Assembly (NCBI GenBank): GCA_964354375.1
Contig: CAYGZQ010000003.1
Location: 50,040 to 114,039 of the forward strand
Length of the DNA stretch: 64,000 nt
Origin: an uncultured Planctomycetota bacterium
GTDB taxonomy: Bacteria > JAJVIF01 > JAPKYR01
Direction: 5' to 3'
This document shows, piece after piece, positions 10,530 through 21,800 of this stretch; the stretch's first letter is position 1; each line of letters starts with the position of its first letter. Below the pieces are notes generated by a model. That model did not search any database, was not told where the DNA came from, and saw only the letters and a program-made list of their open reading frames with translations. The position numbers and the translations under genes are program-made.

Positions 10530-12767
10530 TCAGCCTGGGTTGCCCTCGGTCTGATCGAGCAGGTTGTTTCCCTCCTCGTTGGGAGCTCCTTCCTGAGGCG
10601 GAGCGGTGGGCTGAAGTAGCCTCGACTGCTCATCGATCGCAGCCTGGCGTTCCTGCTCGGCCTGTTCCTTCCTCGCCGTCAGCTCGTCGACCTTCTTCTG
10701 TACGGTGTCTCTCAGCTGGCTGAGCTGATCCCGCATCTGCTGGGTCAGAGGACCGTTTGGCGCCGGAATCGGCACCTCCGGCACCAGGACCTCCGTTGCG
10801 TCCGACGATTCACCGGCGACCGAAGGCTCGGTTCCGGCAGAAGACGTATCGATATCGGCCCCATCGGCGGCGGAGCCTGTCAGCCCTTCCGACTGGCCTG
10901 CGGAAGCAGCCGGGGTCTCGGTCGTTTCCTCTTTGGCCTTGTCGATCAAGGCAATGAACGGGGCGTCAAGCGACTCAAGCGTCAGACCCATCTCATCTTC
11001 CGGCAGCACCGGGTCGGTCCAGGCCTCCGGGCGCACTCCTCCGGCGAGCTCGAGCGCCCTGTCATCGAGACTGATCATCTGGTTCAGCACAGACACGACT
11101 TTCTGCTCAAGCTCGAAATCCTCGCTTGAATACTCATGGGCAAGGCTCAGGTCGGAAATGTCCCTGGCCATGAGCTGCTGCCGGGCGATATCAAGCTGAG
11201 CCCGCTGCCAATGAGCGAATGGAGCCATGTCCTCGAGCTCAAGGGAGCGGTCTATGTTCTTCAGCGCGATGGCGAAGAAGCCCTGTTCTTGCCTCTTGAG
11301 ATCTTCCGGGAGCTCGGGGAACGTTCCTCCGAACGCTTCCGGGTTTGCCTGGAACTGAGCCCAGATGTCCTGCATCCATTTTCCCTCAACTCTGAAAGCT
11401 CTCGTGGCCCAGAGGTTGGCCGCGAGGTAGCGCAACCGCGCTTCGCCCATCTCCACCTCTACTCGGTTATCGAGTGCGACATCAAGCTTGGCGGCGTTTG
11501 TCCTGAGCGCTTCCTGGTAGTCGGCGGCGGCCAGGTCCCATTTCTCGTTGATGACATGATGCATGGCGCGAATCTCGGGATCGTAGATGACGATCTTCAT
11601 CGTCGCCTCGTCCGCCCTCACCGCCTCCGATACCCGCTGCATCGGATCCTCGGCCTTCAGGTACAGGACTCTTATGGTCGCTTCCTCGTAGTCGGCGATC
11701 ACTTCCTCGTCTGTGACAACAAGGTTCCCCTCGGCAGGCAGCTCAAGCTCGCCCGCCTCCACTTTCTTTCTCTTCTCCTCGAGCAGTTTCTGCCTGATCC
11801 CTTCCTTGGCGGACTCCCAGTCGGGACCGCTGGCGCCTGTCCTGCTCAACACTGTCACGAGCCATGCACCCATGTAGTCCGGCTGGTTGGTCGTGATCGT
11901 GAGACTGGTCTCCCCCACGGGAAGGCTGAAAGCGCTGTCGATGACGGCTTTCGGGAGATCCTTGGAGTCATGCCTCACCATCGGCACCAGTCCGCCCGCT
12001 TCGCTCGAGGATGCGTGCTCCGAGTACTGCTTGGCAGCGTCGGAAAACGGCAGTCCGCCCACAATCTCTCCCCGGATAATGTCGCACCGAGCCGAGAGCT
12101 CCGCCATGATCTCGGTTTCCTTCTGCTTCGAGATCGTTGTCACGTACTGCTGAGCCGTCAGAGTCTGGCGAATGATTCTGCGAAGTCGGACGAGAGAGTT
12201 GGTCGGATCGTACTGCTTCAGCTTCATCTCGAACGCCTTGTCTTCCTTGGCGGAGGTGAAGAGGTCGGCGATTCGCTGAAGGATGCTCTTCGAGCCGGCC
12301 GACTCGACCTGAGGCATGAGCTGGTTGCGGTACTCGTTGACTTTCTCCTCGACCTGCTCGTCCGTCACCGTGATGCCGGTTGCAGCGGCCTTGATGTCGA
12401 AGTACTCCATGTCGATCATCTGACGGAGCGTCGAATACTTGACCGAAGCCGTCCATTCCTCGGGGTGCAGCACAGCCTCGCTGGAGGACTCCTGCCTCTT
12501 GAGCTGCGCGTCATAATCCCGGTAGAAATCCTCGTACGTGATCTTGTGATCCTGGATGGTCGCGATGGCATCGCCGGGACCGGTTGTTTGCGATCCGGGA
12601 CCCTGCTCCCTCTGGTTTGCGCATCGCGATCCGCCGAAGCTAAGGCTCCCGCCGAACACGAGCGCGAGACCCGCGATTATGTATGCTATTCGGATCTTGT
12701 CGGGGTCTCTGAGAGTCGCAACGAGACCCTGTCCTCTTACTTTTCGACGACGTTTCTTACTGGCCAT
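10530..12767 (-). CDS. PpiD/SurA-like periplasmic chaperone (N-terminal membrane anchor, degenerate parvulin-like domain, E/Q-rich C-terminal tail)
   Basis: Basic N-terminus then a TM segment (IAYIIAGLALVFGG). The AGGLVPMVRHDS…FSLPVGETS segment resembles a parvulin domain. Overall architecture resembles PpiD. Confidence 0.45.
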   Translation of the reverse strand: MASKKRRRKVRGQGLVATLRDPDKIRIAYIIAGLALVFGGSLSFGGSRCANQREQGPGSQTTGPGDAIATIQDHKITYEDFYRDYDAQLKRQESSSEAVLHPEEWTASVKYSTLRQMIDMEYFDIKAAATGITVTDEQVEEKVNEYRNQLMPQVESAGSKSILQRIADLFTSAKEDKAFEMKLKQYDPTNSLVRLRRIIRQTLTAQQYVTTISKQKETEIMAELSARCDIIRGEIVGGLPFSDAAKQYSEHASSSEAGGLVPMVRHDSKDLPKAVIDSAFSLPVGETSLTITTNQPDYMGAWLVTVLSRTGASGPDWESAKEGIRQKLLEEKRKKVEAGELELPAEGNLVVTDEEVIADYEEATIRVLYLKAEDPMQRVSEAVRADEATMKIVIYDPEIRAMHHVINEKWDLAAADYQEALRTNAAKLDVALDNRVEVEMGEARLRYLAANLWATRAFRVEGKWMQDIWAQFQANPEAFGGTFPELPEDLKRQEQGFFAIALKNIDRSLELEDMAPFAHWQRAQLDIARQQLMARDISDLSLAHEYSSEDFELEQKVVSVLNQMISLDDRALELAGGVRPEAWTDPVLPEDEMGLTLESLDAPFIALIDKAKEETTETPAASAGQSEGLTGSAADGADIDTSSAGTEPSVAGESSDATEVLVPEVPIPAPNGPLTQQMRDQLSQLRDTVQKKVDELTARKEQAEQERQAAIDEQSRLLQPTAPPQEGAPNEEGNNLLDQTEGNPG

Positions 12768-13016
12768 GTCTGCTCCTCAGGTAAAGCAACGCGAGAGCAT
12801 CCCTCTCGCGGCACAATCTTTTATCGTATGCCAAACCGGCTTCTTTGTCAATTTTCCGTTGACACAGGTTATGGTTGCCCCGCTCATTCTCTCATTATCA
12901 GAGCCGCGAGCGTAAGCGAGCGGTCCTTCCCTGTCACCGACTGATGTCACCAGTTGCCGTCGGGGGGGAACTTGCTCAGGAAGGCGTCATAGCCCCGGTC
13001 TTGATTTCAAATCCTC

Positions 13017-13045
13017 TTGACGGATCGAAATATACGTGTTACAAT
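13017..13045 (+). promoter_or_regulatory. Sigma70-type promoter (TTGACG-17 nt-TACAAT) for the 13078 lipoprotein start
   Basis: Near-consensus hexamers with 17-nt spacing; RBS GGGAGGG before the ATG at 13078. Confidence 0.5.
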
Positions 13046-13077
13046 GAACTTAACAAATCAGGCTTGGGAGGGTTCTG

Positions 13078-16000
13078 ATGTGTTATCTTCCTCGCGCCGG
13101 CGTCTTGGCCTTTATTCTTCTGATTTCCCTGTCGTTTGCCTGTGATGAAAGGGGCTTGCTTTCTCCAGAAGCGCCTTCAGTCAGGTCGGATCGGGGGGCG
13201 GCTGAGGAACCGCCGGAAGTCGATTGCCCCCCTGACCCCTAGGTCCCCGTTGAGCCTGAGCCTCGTCCTCAGCATTGGAGCGGTCCATGGCCGTTGTATC
13301 GATACCGATTCGAACCTGAGATTCCGATAGAGGAGCCATACATCCCGCCGAATCCACCCGAACCGGATCCATATATCGATGGGTCTGCTGCCGTGAGAGA
13401 GACGGTGCCCGGCATCGTGGAGCCTTCTCAGGGACTCGAGCCGGCTCCGATGCCACAGTACATCCCCGCGCCGCTGTCTACGGCGCCCTGTGAAGACCTC
13501 AACCCGGATTGCGATGCTGCCGATCCCAATGGCGACCCTGATGGCGATGGATTGCCGAATCAGGAGGAGCCTGATAACGACAACGACGGAATACCCGATG
13601 AAATGGACCTGGACTGTCTGATGGCGGGCGCTTGCGATAATCCGGGGAGCCCTGAATACGAAGCTTGCCACGATGATCCGGATGATCCTGATGATGATGA
13701 CGATGGAATACCGGATGAATTCGACCCCGACTCGATAGACTCCGATGCCGACGGCATCGTAGACATCTGTGAGGATTACTGCGATCCTGAAGACAAGGCG
13801 GCAGGCTACTGGGACTTACTTCACGAGTGTTTAGGCTCGTGGGAGGGCCAAGACGAATGGACAAATGATGAGGATTGTGATGGCGTCCCCGACCCATACG
13901 AGGATTGGTGGGATAATCGCGACACTGACGGCGACGACATACCCGATGTAAGCGATCCAGACGACGACAACGATGGTAGACCGGACGACGATGACGACGA
14001 TGACGACGGCGATGGCATACTGGATGTGGCGGACCCGGACGGCGACTGTGATAACGACGGGATTCCGAACCTCTACGACTGCGAGTCTCTATGCTACACC
14101 GGGCCTACGTGTTGTTGCCGGGCCGAAGGCGTTCTCCAGCCAAAGATATGGTGGCCGGGCGAGTTCAAAGAAATGAGCGAGTTTGACTACCTGGAGGTGA
14201 TATTCATCAATTTCGGCGTTATAGATCATTGCCCCCCCTGCTACGAGTTAGGGCCCTTCCCCCCGCCAAGATACCGCGTCTTCTTGTTTCTGAACGACGT
14301 TTTGGAGGCCGTATTCAGCACCGACGAGACGGAGACAAGAGTGCTCCCCGTTGCCGTATACCGCCGTGATGCGGCGCGCAATGTGCTTGGCAAATTCGTA
14401 GACGGGCAGAATGATCTTAAGCTAATAATCGAAGACCAGTGCTGCAAGAGAGTATTGGGCATTCAGAAGGATTTCACAGTGAATGCCACGGTCTCTTACA
14501 GAGTCAAGCCATACAGAATGACGTATATTGACCGTGCGGAATTCCCGGCTGGTTATGTGAATAACCCCCTTTATAACATGCAGGGGTTCGCCGGACAGGG
14601 CCAGATACACCAAACGGATCGTTATCAACATGTGTCTTTCAGCCTCCAGGACGAGCTGCCTCACTACTCCGTTTACCTTTCACCCGAATGGTATGAGGGC
14701 TGCGCCCCAAAGGATACCTTCGCGGCTTACAGGATGGGCTCCCAAGTCGGCGTTAAAGTGGATTTCTATAGCCCGGGGACTTACGCAGCCAGCGATCACC
14801 TTTTTCTCCTCCCCTACCAGGTAGCAGGTCTGGGACCACTGCAACTCTACGCAGAAGCCCACATGGTTGTCGTTAACCGACAGAACCCAGGCGTTGTCAA
14901 ACAAGGGACTATGAAGCCTGACAGTTCGTACGGCTATGATGTGGGCCGCCAGCTTCGCCTTATCCGTTGGGATGACGACGACAGAGTGAACGCGGACGAT
15001 ATTCTGAGCGCCCGATGGATTCTTCCCTCTCCGACATTCGATGGCGTGAACGCTTGGTACGACTTCCAGAATGGACAGATCATCGGCAACAAGGTTGAAT
15101 TCACTTACTACGCCGGCGGTGTGTCGTGGGGACCTCCGGCTAATGGCGGAATTATAGAAGAATTCAGGTTCTTCACCTCATACGCCCAGAACTGGACCTC
15201 TAGATCTCATCTCTGGCCGACTGATTTCGCCCTCGAGATGGTCGGACGCTATGCAAGCGGACTGACTAACCCGCAACAGATAATGACTGCAGTTACGGCG
15301 AGAATGCGAGGCCCGAACAACGTCTGGACCAGCGAGGTGAACGATCTGAGTAATGTTACCCTGGACTATGACACAACCCAGCCCGGAAGTTATGACCCGT
15401 ATAGGGCGTTTGATGAGCTTCACGGCCCTCCGGTGGACTACATAATTTATCATTTGGAATGTGACGACTATGCTAACATCCTCACAAGATTCATGCGTGA
15501 CCAGGGCATAGACGCGGAGTCATGGTATGTGTCCGCAGGTCATGACTGCAACCAGCATCCGGGGGGACTGACTAAGAAGGAAAGGGTACGCATGTGGATG
15601 TATGCTCCCGGTGATCCCGGTGATCCCAATCCCCCGGCTTCTCCTCCTCCTTTATACAGACATCCCCCATGGCAGGCCGGATATCTACCGCGGAATGAAC
15701 ATTGGCCAATCGTTTATAACGACTTGCAGTGCTTAGACGGCGCCACGGACACGTGGGGATTTAGGTTCCATCAGGTATGCGAGTACGACGACGACATCTA
15801 TGACCCTGTGCTCTATGATGTGCAGAAGGGGATTGTGCCGTGGGACCAATACAAGCAAGACTACCTGAGTATTTGGGATCGCACGTGGGATATTCCTCCG
15901 CCTCCTTTTCCCCCAGTCCCCGGTGACCCGTGGGTCGACTGCCTCATGTTCAAGCTGCCTTACCCCTGTGCGTACGGGGTCGCTGACGAGGAACACGAAG

Positions 16001-16182
16001 GGCTCAAATCTGTGCTACAGGTAGGTGTTGAGGATCGCGACTATGTGTACAGAATCAAGCACAGCGGGTATCGCTATCCGGATCCTAACCCTGAGTCCAA
16101 TCACCAGTACGTTGTTCCCCATTTCTACATTTGGAACTGGGAGCATCCGATGGATGGGTGGCAACAACGGTTGGACCCATAA
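13078..16182 (+). pseudogene. Lipoprotein with ~20 thrombospondin-type-3-like Ca-binding repeats and a C-terminal domain carrying a transglutaminase-like Cys motif. The reading frame is broken by an in-frame TAG at 13240..13242. Disrupted, or read through.
   Basis: ATG at 13078 encodes MCYLPRAGVLAFILLISLSFAC (lipobox). TAG lies 54 codons in. The same frame continues …PPDP*VPVEPEPRPQ…YRYRFEPEIPIEEP… into ORF 13294..16182, which starts at TTG and has no signal peptide. Repeats of DPDGDGLPNQEEPDNDNDGIPDE type. C-terminal LECDDYANILTRFMRDQGIDAESWYVSAG matches the transglutaminase Cys region. Confidence 0.5.
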
Positions 16183-16216
16183 ATGGAGTACAATACTCTG
16201 CATAGGAGACAGCAAG

Positions 16217-17059
16217 ATGAATACATTACGAGGAATAACACGGACGGCCCTGGTTTTAGCGGGGCTAGTGGCTGCGATGATGATGATCTCCTGTAGTGAA
16301 AGCCCGACGAGAGCGGAGGAATTCGTCGATATCGTTCCCTGGAAAGTCGATGTGAGAGTGCCGGGTCTACAGCTTGCCGATCTCTTTCCGGACGTTAGCA
16401 GCCCCATTCGCGTGGAGCCCAATTATATCTCCTTCCATGTTACACAGGCGGTCGAAACGCCGCAGGTGTATTCGGACCAGATGCTGGCCCTGGAAATGAC
16501 TGACGAGAGACAAGACGAGGTGAGGAGAGCACTCGAACGAGTATTCCCCTCGTGGCTGGTCAGCGACAAGGTTCTGGCTCTTGTCAGACTCGATTCCCTC
16601 GATTCCTCAGAGTTCTGGATTGACAGCACTATGCACATGGGTGATCTCAAGGGAGGGTATCAATACTGGTTCAGTCTGGCGATAAGGGTGGACGATGTCA
16701 GGATCGCGGTCGCAGGCGTCCCTGAGGCGGGATTGGCCGAGGCTTGCATACTGGCCGACTACAAGAGCATCGACGAATTCGATCAACTGGCTCACCAATA
16801 TCTGAATCTCTCGGAGGACGAGAAGGCCGAAGACGATTATCGGCCAACACGGGGTCTGAGTACCGCGTCAGGCCTCATATGTGTCGACTCCGGCAGCTGG
16901 CGGACTGAGGGATACAGGATCAGAGTGGAGGAGGAATACCGGAAAGGACGTGTGCGCAGCTTCACCCGAGATTTCTCCTCGCCGGACGGCGGACAAACAC
17001 TGACAACCATAGAGTTCAACCTATCCTACGGCCAAGAGGTCTCCAAGGGCGCCGACTGA
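16217..17059 (+). CDS. Hypothetical lipoprotein
   Basis: Internal start MNTLRGITRTALVLAGLVAAMMMISCSES (lipobox); the upstream ORF extension lacks features. Confidence 0.6.
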   Translation: MNTLRGITRTALVLAGLVAAMMMISCSESPTRAEEFVDIVPWKVDVRVPGLQLADLFPDVSSPIRVEPNYISFHVTQAVETPQVYSDQMLALEMTDERQDEVRRALERVFPSWLVSDKVLALVRLDSLDSSEFWIDSTMHMGDLKGGYQYWFSLAIRVDDVRIAVAGVPEAGLAEACILADYKSIDEFDQLAHQYLNLSEDEKAEDDYRPTRGLSTASGLICVDSGSWRTEGYRIRVEEEYRKGRVRSFTRDFSSPDGGQTLTTIEFNLSYGQEVSKGAD

Positions 17060-17164
17060 TGGGTCGCGTCTCTCGATATTTTCGGCGTCCTCGTGGTTGA
17101 TTCGGTCAAGAGAATAACCACCAAGGCACCAAGGACACCAAGAAGAAAAAGAAAGAAGATCCGG

Positions 17165-18646
17165 CTACGCAGGCGCTTTCCGGATTGGCACCTTAAGCTC
17201 GCTTACAGCGGGGATTGTGAGGATAAATTCGGCGCCGCCGTCGGGATGGTTCCGCGCGATCAGCTCGCCCCCATGATGTTTCGCAATCGAGTAGCTCACC
17301 GAGAGCCCCAGGCCCGTGCCTTCCCCCGGAGGTTTGGTCGTGAAGAACGGATCGAAAATGCGCTTCAGTGACTCTTCGGGGATTCCCGGTCCCGTGTCCC
17401 TGATTCTGATCTCTATCAAATCCTCCTTGCCCGACGATTTTACGAGCCTCGATGCTATCCGAAGAGAGCCGCCGTTTTCCTTCATCGCCTGCGCCGCGTT
17501 CATGGCGAGGTTATGGATGATCTGCTGTATCTGCTTCGGATCGACCACGACCTGCGGAAGCTCATCGTCAAGGTTCCATTCGACGGTCACCCGCCGAAAG
17601 ATCGGGTGGAACTTGAAAAAGTCCAGCACCTGAATCACCAGCGCATTCAGGTCCGCTTTCTGCGGCTGGATCATCGCGGGGTTCGCGAAATCCAGAAGCC
17701 TTCGTATGATGTCCTTGATTCTGTCGATGTTCGCGAGCACTCTCTGGTACGGCTCCTCGTTGCCGCCCTCGCGTCTGACCCTTTTTGCGAGCATGTCGAT
17801 GACCGTGTAGATTCCGGCGAGGGGATTGTTGATCTCGTGGGCTATGCCCGCAGCCAGGAAGCCGGTGCTCGCGAGCTTGTCGGCCTGAAGAAGCTGCTCC
17901 TCGACCCTCACCATCTCGGTCCTGTTCTCCACGATGACAAGCACGCCTTCGACGCGCTTCTCGGGGCCCATAAGCGGCACGGCTGTGAGGCTCACCGTCA
18001 GGTCCTCCGGACCGCCTCCTCTGAGCGGCTGATTCGCAAGCGAGACCTCCTTCCCGCCGAGCCCGGCTTCGATCGCATCCGTGAGATCAGGGTTCATCGA
18101 TTTCGATATCCTGTCGAACGGCTGATCCACGAGCGTCGCCCGCTTGCCAAGCTGCATCAAGTCGGTGAATGCCCTGTTCACGGCAAGGAACCGACGATCC
18201 GTGTCAAGCGAGAAAATGCCGATCGGAGCGGCCCTGATTATCGAGCTGGCCAGCTCCGCCCGCTTGCGTATCACCTCCTCCAGCTTCTTGCGCTGCGTGA
18301 TATCGTGCGCGATTACCAGCACCCTCTCGATATCCCCGGATTCTCCCGGGATCGGGCTCGCCGACACGTACGCCGGGAACACGTCGCCGTCCGCGCGCAT
18401 AAGCAGAAGCTCGCCGTGCCAGTCCATTTGTTTGAGGGTCTGGTCGAAAAGATCCTCCGCCAGGGAGCGCGAATGCTCCTCGACCCCGCGTAGCAGGTCC
18501 CTTCCGATAATCCGTTTGGGCGGAATCCCCAGGGCCTTGCTTGCCGCAGCGTTGATGTACGTGACACGCCTCTCGGGATCGCACACCATCACCATGTTGT
18601 GCGTCTGCTCGAGATAGCGCGACAGCATTTCGGGGTTGTCGATCAT
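17165..18646 (-). CDS. Cytoplasmic PAS-domain sensor histidine kinase
   Basis: HisKA H-box [10 protein letters not shown]. HATPase_c motifs DTGPGIPEE and [12 protein letters not shown]-like repeats in the N-terminal half. No TM segment. Confidence 0.85.
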   Translation of the reverse strand: MIDNPEMLSRYLEQTHNMVMVCDPERRVTYINAAASKALGIPPKRIIGRDLLRGVEEHSRSLAEDLFDQTLKQMDWHGELLLMRADGDVFPAYVSASPIPGESGDIERVLVIAHDITQRKKLEEVIRKRAELASSIIRAAPIGIFSLDTDRRFLAVNRAFTDLMQLGKRATLVDQPFDRISKSMNPDLTDAIEAGLGGKEVSLANQPLRGGGPEDLTVSLTAVPLMGPEKRVEGVLVIVENRTEMVRVEEQLLQADKLASTGFLAAGIAHEINNPLAGIYTVIDMLAKRVRREGGNEEPYQRVLANIDRIKDIIRRLLDFANPAMIQPQKADLNALVIQVLDFFKFHPIFRRVTVEWNLDDELPQVVVDPKQIQQIIHNLAMNAAQAMKENGGSLRIASRLVKSSGKEDLIEIRIRDTGPGIPEESLKRIFDPFFTTKPPGEGTGLGLSVSYSIAKHHGGELIARNHPDGGAEFILTIPAVSELKVPIRKAPA

Positions 18647-18740
18647 CCAGAAACCCTTCGAGCCCGACCCTAGGGGCCAAATTAGTATCTGATTAAACGG
18701 GGGAGCTTATCGCGACGCGCGGAATGCGCGCAGAAAAAAC

Positions 18741-18771
18741 GGCAGGCTGGAAAGCCTGCCCCACAAGATTA
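18741..18771 (-). terminator. Hairpin GGCAGGCTttccAGCCTGCC followed by GTTTTTTCT on the minus strand (copy 2 of the 25-nt element); likely terminator of the 18818..22687 gene
   Basis: Stem-loop plus T-tract 50 nt downstream of the stop codon; identical to the element at 3612..3636. Confidence 0.5.
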
Positions 18772-18817
18772 CCCGATGAAGAGTCTGAGCAAGGGACGAA
18801 TTCACCCGGCCCGGCTG

Positions 18818-21800
18818 CTACCGTCGCTTTTTCTTCTTCGGTTGCTTCCGAAATGAGAATGGGCGTCTTATCCCGTGAACCACTTTGCTGGCGGATTCCG
18901 CAACCGCGCCGCCGATGCTCGTGGCGCGGGATTTCGCCATCTCGAAATTCGCTTTGGCCTGGGCGTTGTGCGGGTCACAATCCAGCGCTTTCGCGAATTC
19001 GCGCGTCGCCTGAGTGTACAGAGCTTCCCGGAAGTAATAGCTTCCGATCGCGACGTGGGCTTCCGCGGAGTTCGGGGCTGTCGCCACGGCGAGCTCGTAT
19101 TCCTCCCTGGCCTTGTCCTTGTTGCCGCGCTCGTAGAGGATATCGGCCATACGAATGTGACCCTCTGCAAAGCCCGGAAACAGGTCGAGCGATTTCTGGC
19201 AGTGCCTCAGCGCGAGCTCGAGTTGGCCCTTGTCCTTGTATGCCTGCGCAAGCTGGAAATTCAGTGAGAAGTTGTCCGGCTTGATCTCCAGACCCTTCTG
19301 GAACTCGGCGATCGCCTTGTCGTACATCCCCTCTTCCATGTAGGCCGTGCCTTTGGTGACGTAGTGGTGTATCACCGGCGCGGCGGGGAATCTGCCGGGA
19401 AAAATCCGCTGTGTTTCGCCGACATCGCCAAACTGGATCACGACGCACGCCATGCTCTCCTTGATCGACGATCCTGCTCCCTTGTACCTGGAGCCTGCGA
19501 GCGAGATGATCCGCTCGCACGCCTCCTGCGTGTCTATCGTGCTTGTGACGCAGTTGCGGATTTCCACGTCCGACAACACGCGCCCGAGGTCCGATGTCCC
19601 CACGATGAGGACGTCTCCCGCCCTCAAATGTCTTTCGGCGGTCTCGACCTGCACCGTCAGCTCTTTCCCCAGCATGCGCTTCTCGTCGCCGCGTTTCATG
19701 AACGTGCGTATCGTGGCGCTGCGAAGCAGGTAGGCGAAGCAGGCCCCGACCTTGGCGAGGTAAAGGCGATTCTGGCTGATGGACGCGATAAGGAGCTCCG
19801 CGCCGATCGATCCTATCTTGTTGAGCCTGAAGGCCTCCTGGTTGACGATCCCGTTTGCCCTCTGCATCGCCGATATCGCGAGCTGGTTCGGGTCCTCAAG
19901 TATGTCGAGCCGGCTCAGAGACGAGTAGGAGTAGACCTGCTCGGCCTCTCTGAGCGCGAGGTCGGCGCACCTGAGGGCCTCATCGACCTGCGGGCTGATC
20001 CCCGATGCGACTCCGAACGCGCCTCGTATGCCGATGCTGGACGGGGGATAGCGCTGCGCAAACGTCATCCTCGATTCTTCCTCAGGTGGGGCCTCTTCCT
20101 CCGTCGACACCATCGCGAGGTAGCTCGAATTCCCGGGGATAAACGACAGGATCGATTCCTCGATCTCCGCCGCTGCTGCGCTTGCCTGGTAATCGTCCAG
20201 ATCCTCGATCAATTCCCCCCAGCTCGAATAGCGGGCCGTGTAGTCCTTTCTGAGCGCGCGCTCCAGAATCCGTCTCAGGTCGACTGATATCCCGGTGGCT
20301 TCGAGCCTTTCTCGCGGGTCCTCGTACACGTGCATCGCCGATATCTCGTGCGGCTCGCCGTGGAAGAGGTCGTGGCCGGTGATCAGGTAGTAGATCACAA
20401 GCGCCCACGCGTACACGTCCGACGCACCGGTCTGCTCGCCCAGCCCCGTTATCTGCTCCGGGCTGAGATACTCCGCGCGGTTGAGTTTCATGGGCGTGTC
20501 GTAGAAAACGTCTCTCTCGAAGCCCGACAGCTTTACTTTGAGCTGGGGTTTGGACACGACAAACGCGCTCTCCGGCGACAGACGCCCGTACACCTCGAAC
20601 CCTTCCGCCCTCAAATAGATCAGGGCCTCCGCGATCAGTCTTCCGACTTCGACCGCGTACCCCTCGCTCATCGGACCGTACTCGGCGACATAGTCGGCCA
20701 GAGTATGCGTCCTCAGCTCGCTAACGAAGAAATACGCGCCCTTATCGCGGCCGTGGTCGAGGACGCGGATAAGTCCCGGATGCTCGTATTCCGCCGCCAG
20801 CTTCATCCGCCCGTTCCAGGCCTCGTCCAGCTCATGGGTTTTGGGCACTCTGTAGAACCAGAGCATTACCGGGGTATCGGTGCCAAGGTGAGTTCCCGCG
20901 TACAGAACCAGGTCCTTCTCGGGTGACAGCCCGTATGCCCCTCCGATGTTCGTGAGCCGCTCTTCGAGACGGTATTTCCCCTTGATCGTCGTTCCCTGGT
21001 CTATCAGATGAATGTTGATGCCGCTGTCGGCGCTGCCGATAAGATGATCGATATCGTCGGCCAGATCGTCGTAACTCTGGTACCGCTGGAGCGGGTCCTT
21101 CTCCAGCATTTTGATCATGATGTCGTGGAAAACGAGGGGAATCTCATATCTTTCCTGGATTTTCGCCAGTGCTTCCGTCTTGATGTGGGCATCGAAGATG
21201 TCCTGGGGAAGGCCGTCGAAGAGGAAGTCGCCGGTCACTAGCCGGAACAGTATTCCCCCGAGAGCGTAGATGTCGGAGCGCTGGTCCACCGGAACATCGT
21301 CCTCGTCCAGCCACACTTCCGGCGACGCATACTGGTAACCCGTCGGCGGAACCCCGTATGTCTTGCGTATGAACCTCTCGGTCTCGTGCAGACGAAAGTC
21401 TTTGAGGAGCACCTCGTCGCCGCGCGGGTTGATGAGGATATGCTCCGGCCTGAGAGCGCCATGGGCCTCCAGAGATCCCTTGGTCTTGAGATAGGAGAGA
21501 GTGGCCAGCACCTTCCTGATAATCCTGAGAGCCTGTTCCGGCGCCAGCTTTTTTCGATCTTCGAGAACCGCAGCAAGAGAGGAGGTAACGTGCGTCTCCA
21601 CAACGTAGTACTGGTTCTTGTGCCATCCCTGGGCGATGAGATCGACCACGTGAGGGTGTTTCAGCTGCGCCCGCCCGTAGAGGTCCTTGTTGATCGCCCT
21701 GATGAAATCCTCTTCCCGCGACAGCTTATCGTCGTAGAATTTGATCGCGACGAACTTGTCGCGGCCGCGCTCGAGGGCCTTGTAGAGGCCGGAAAACTGG

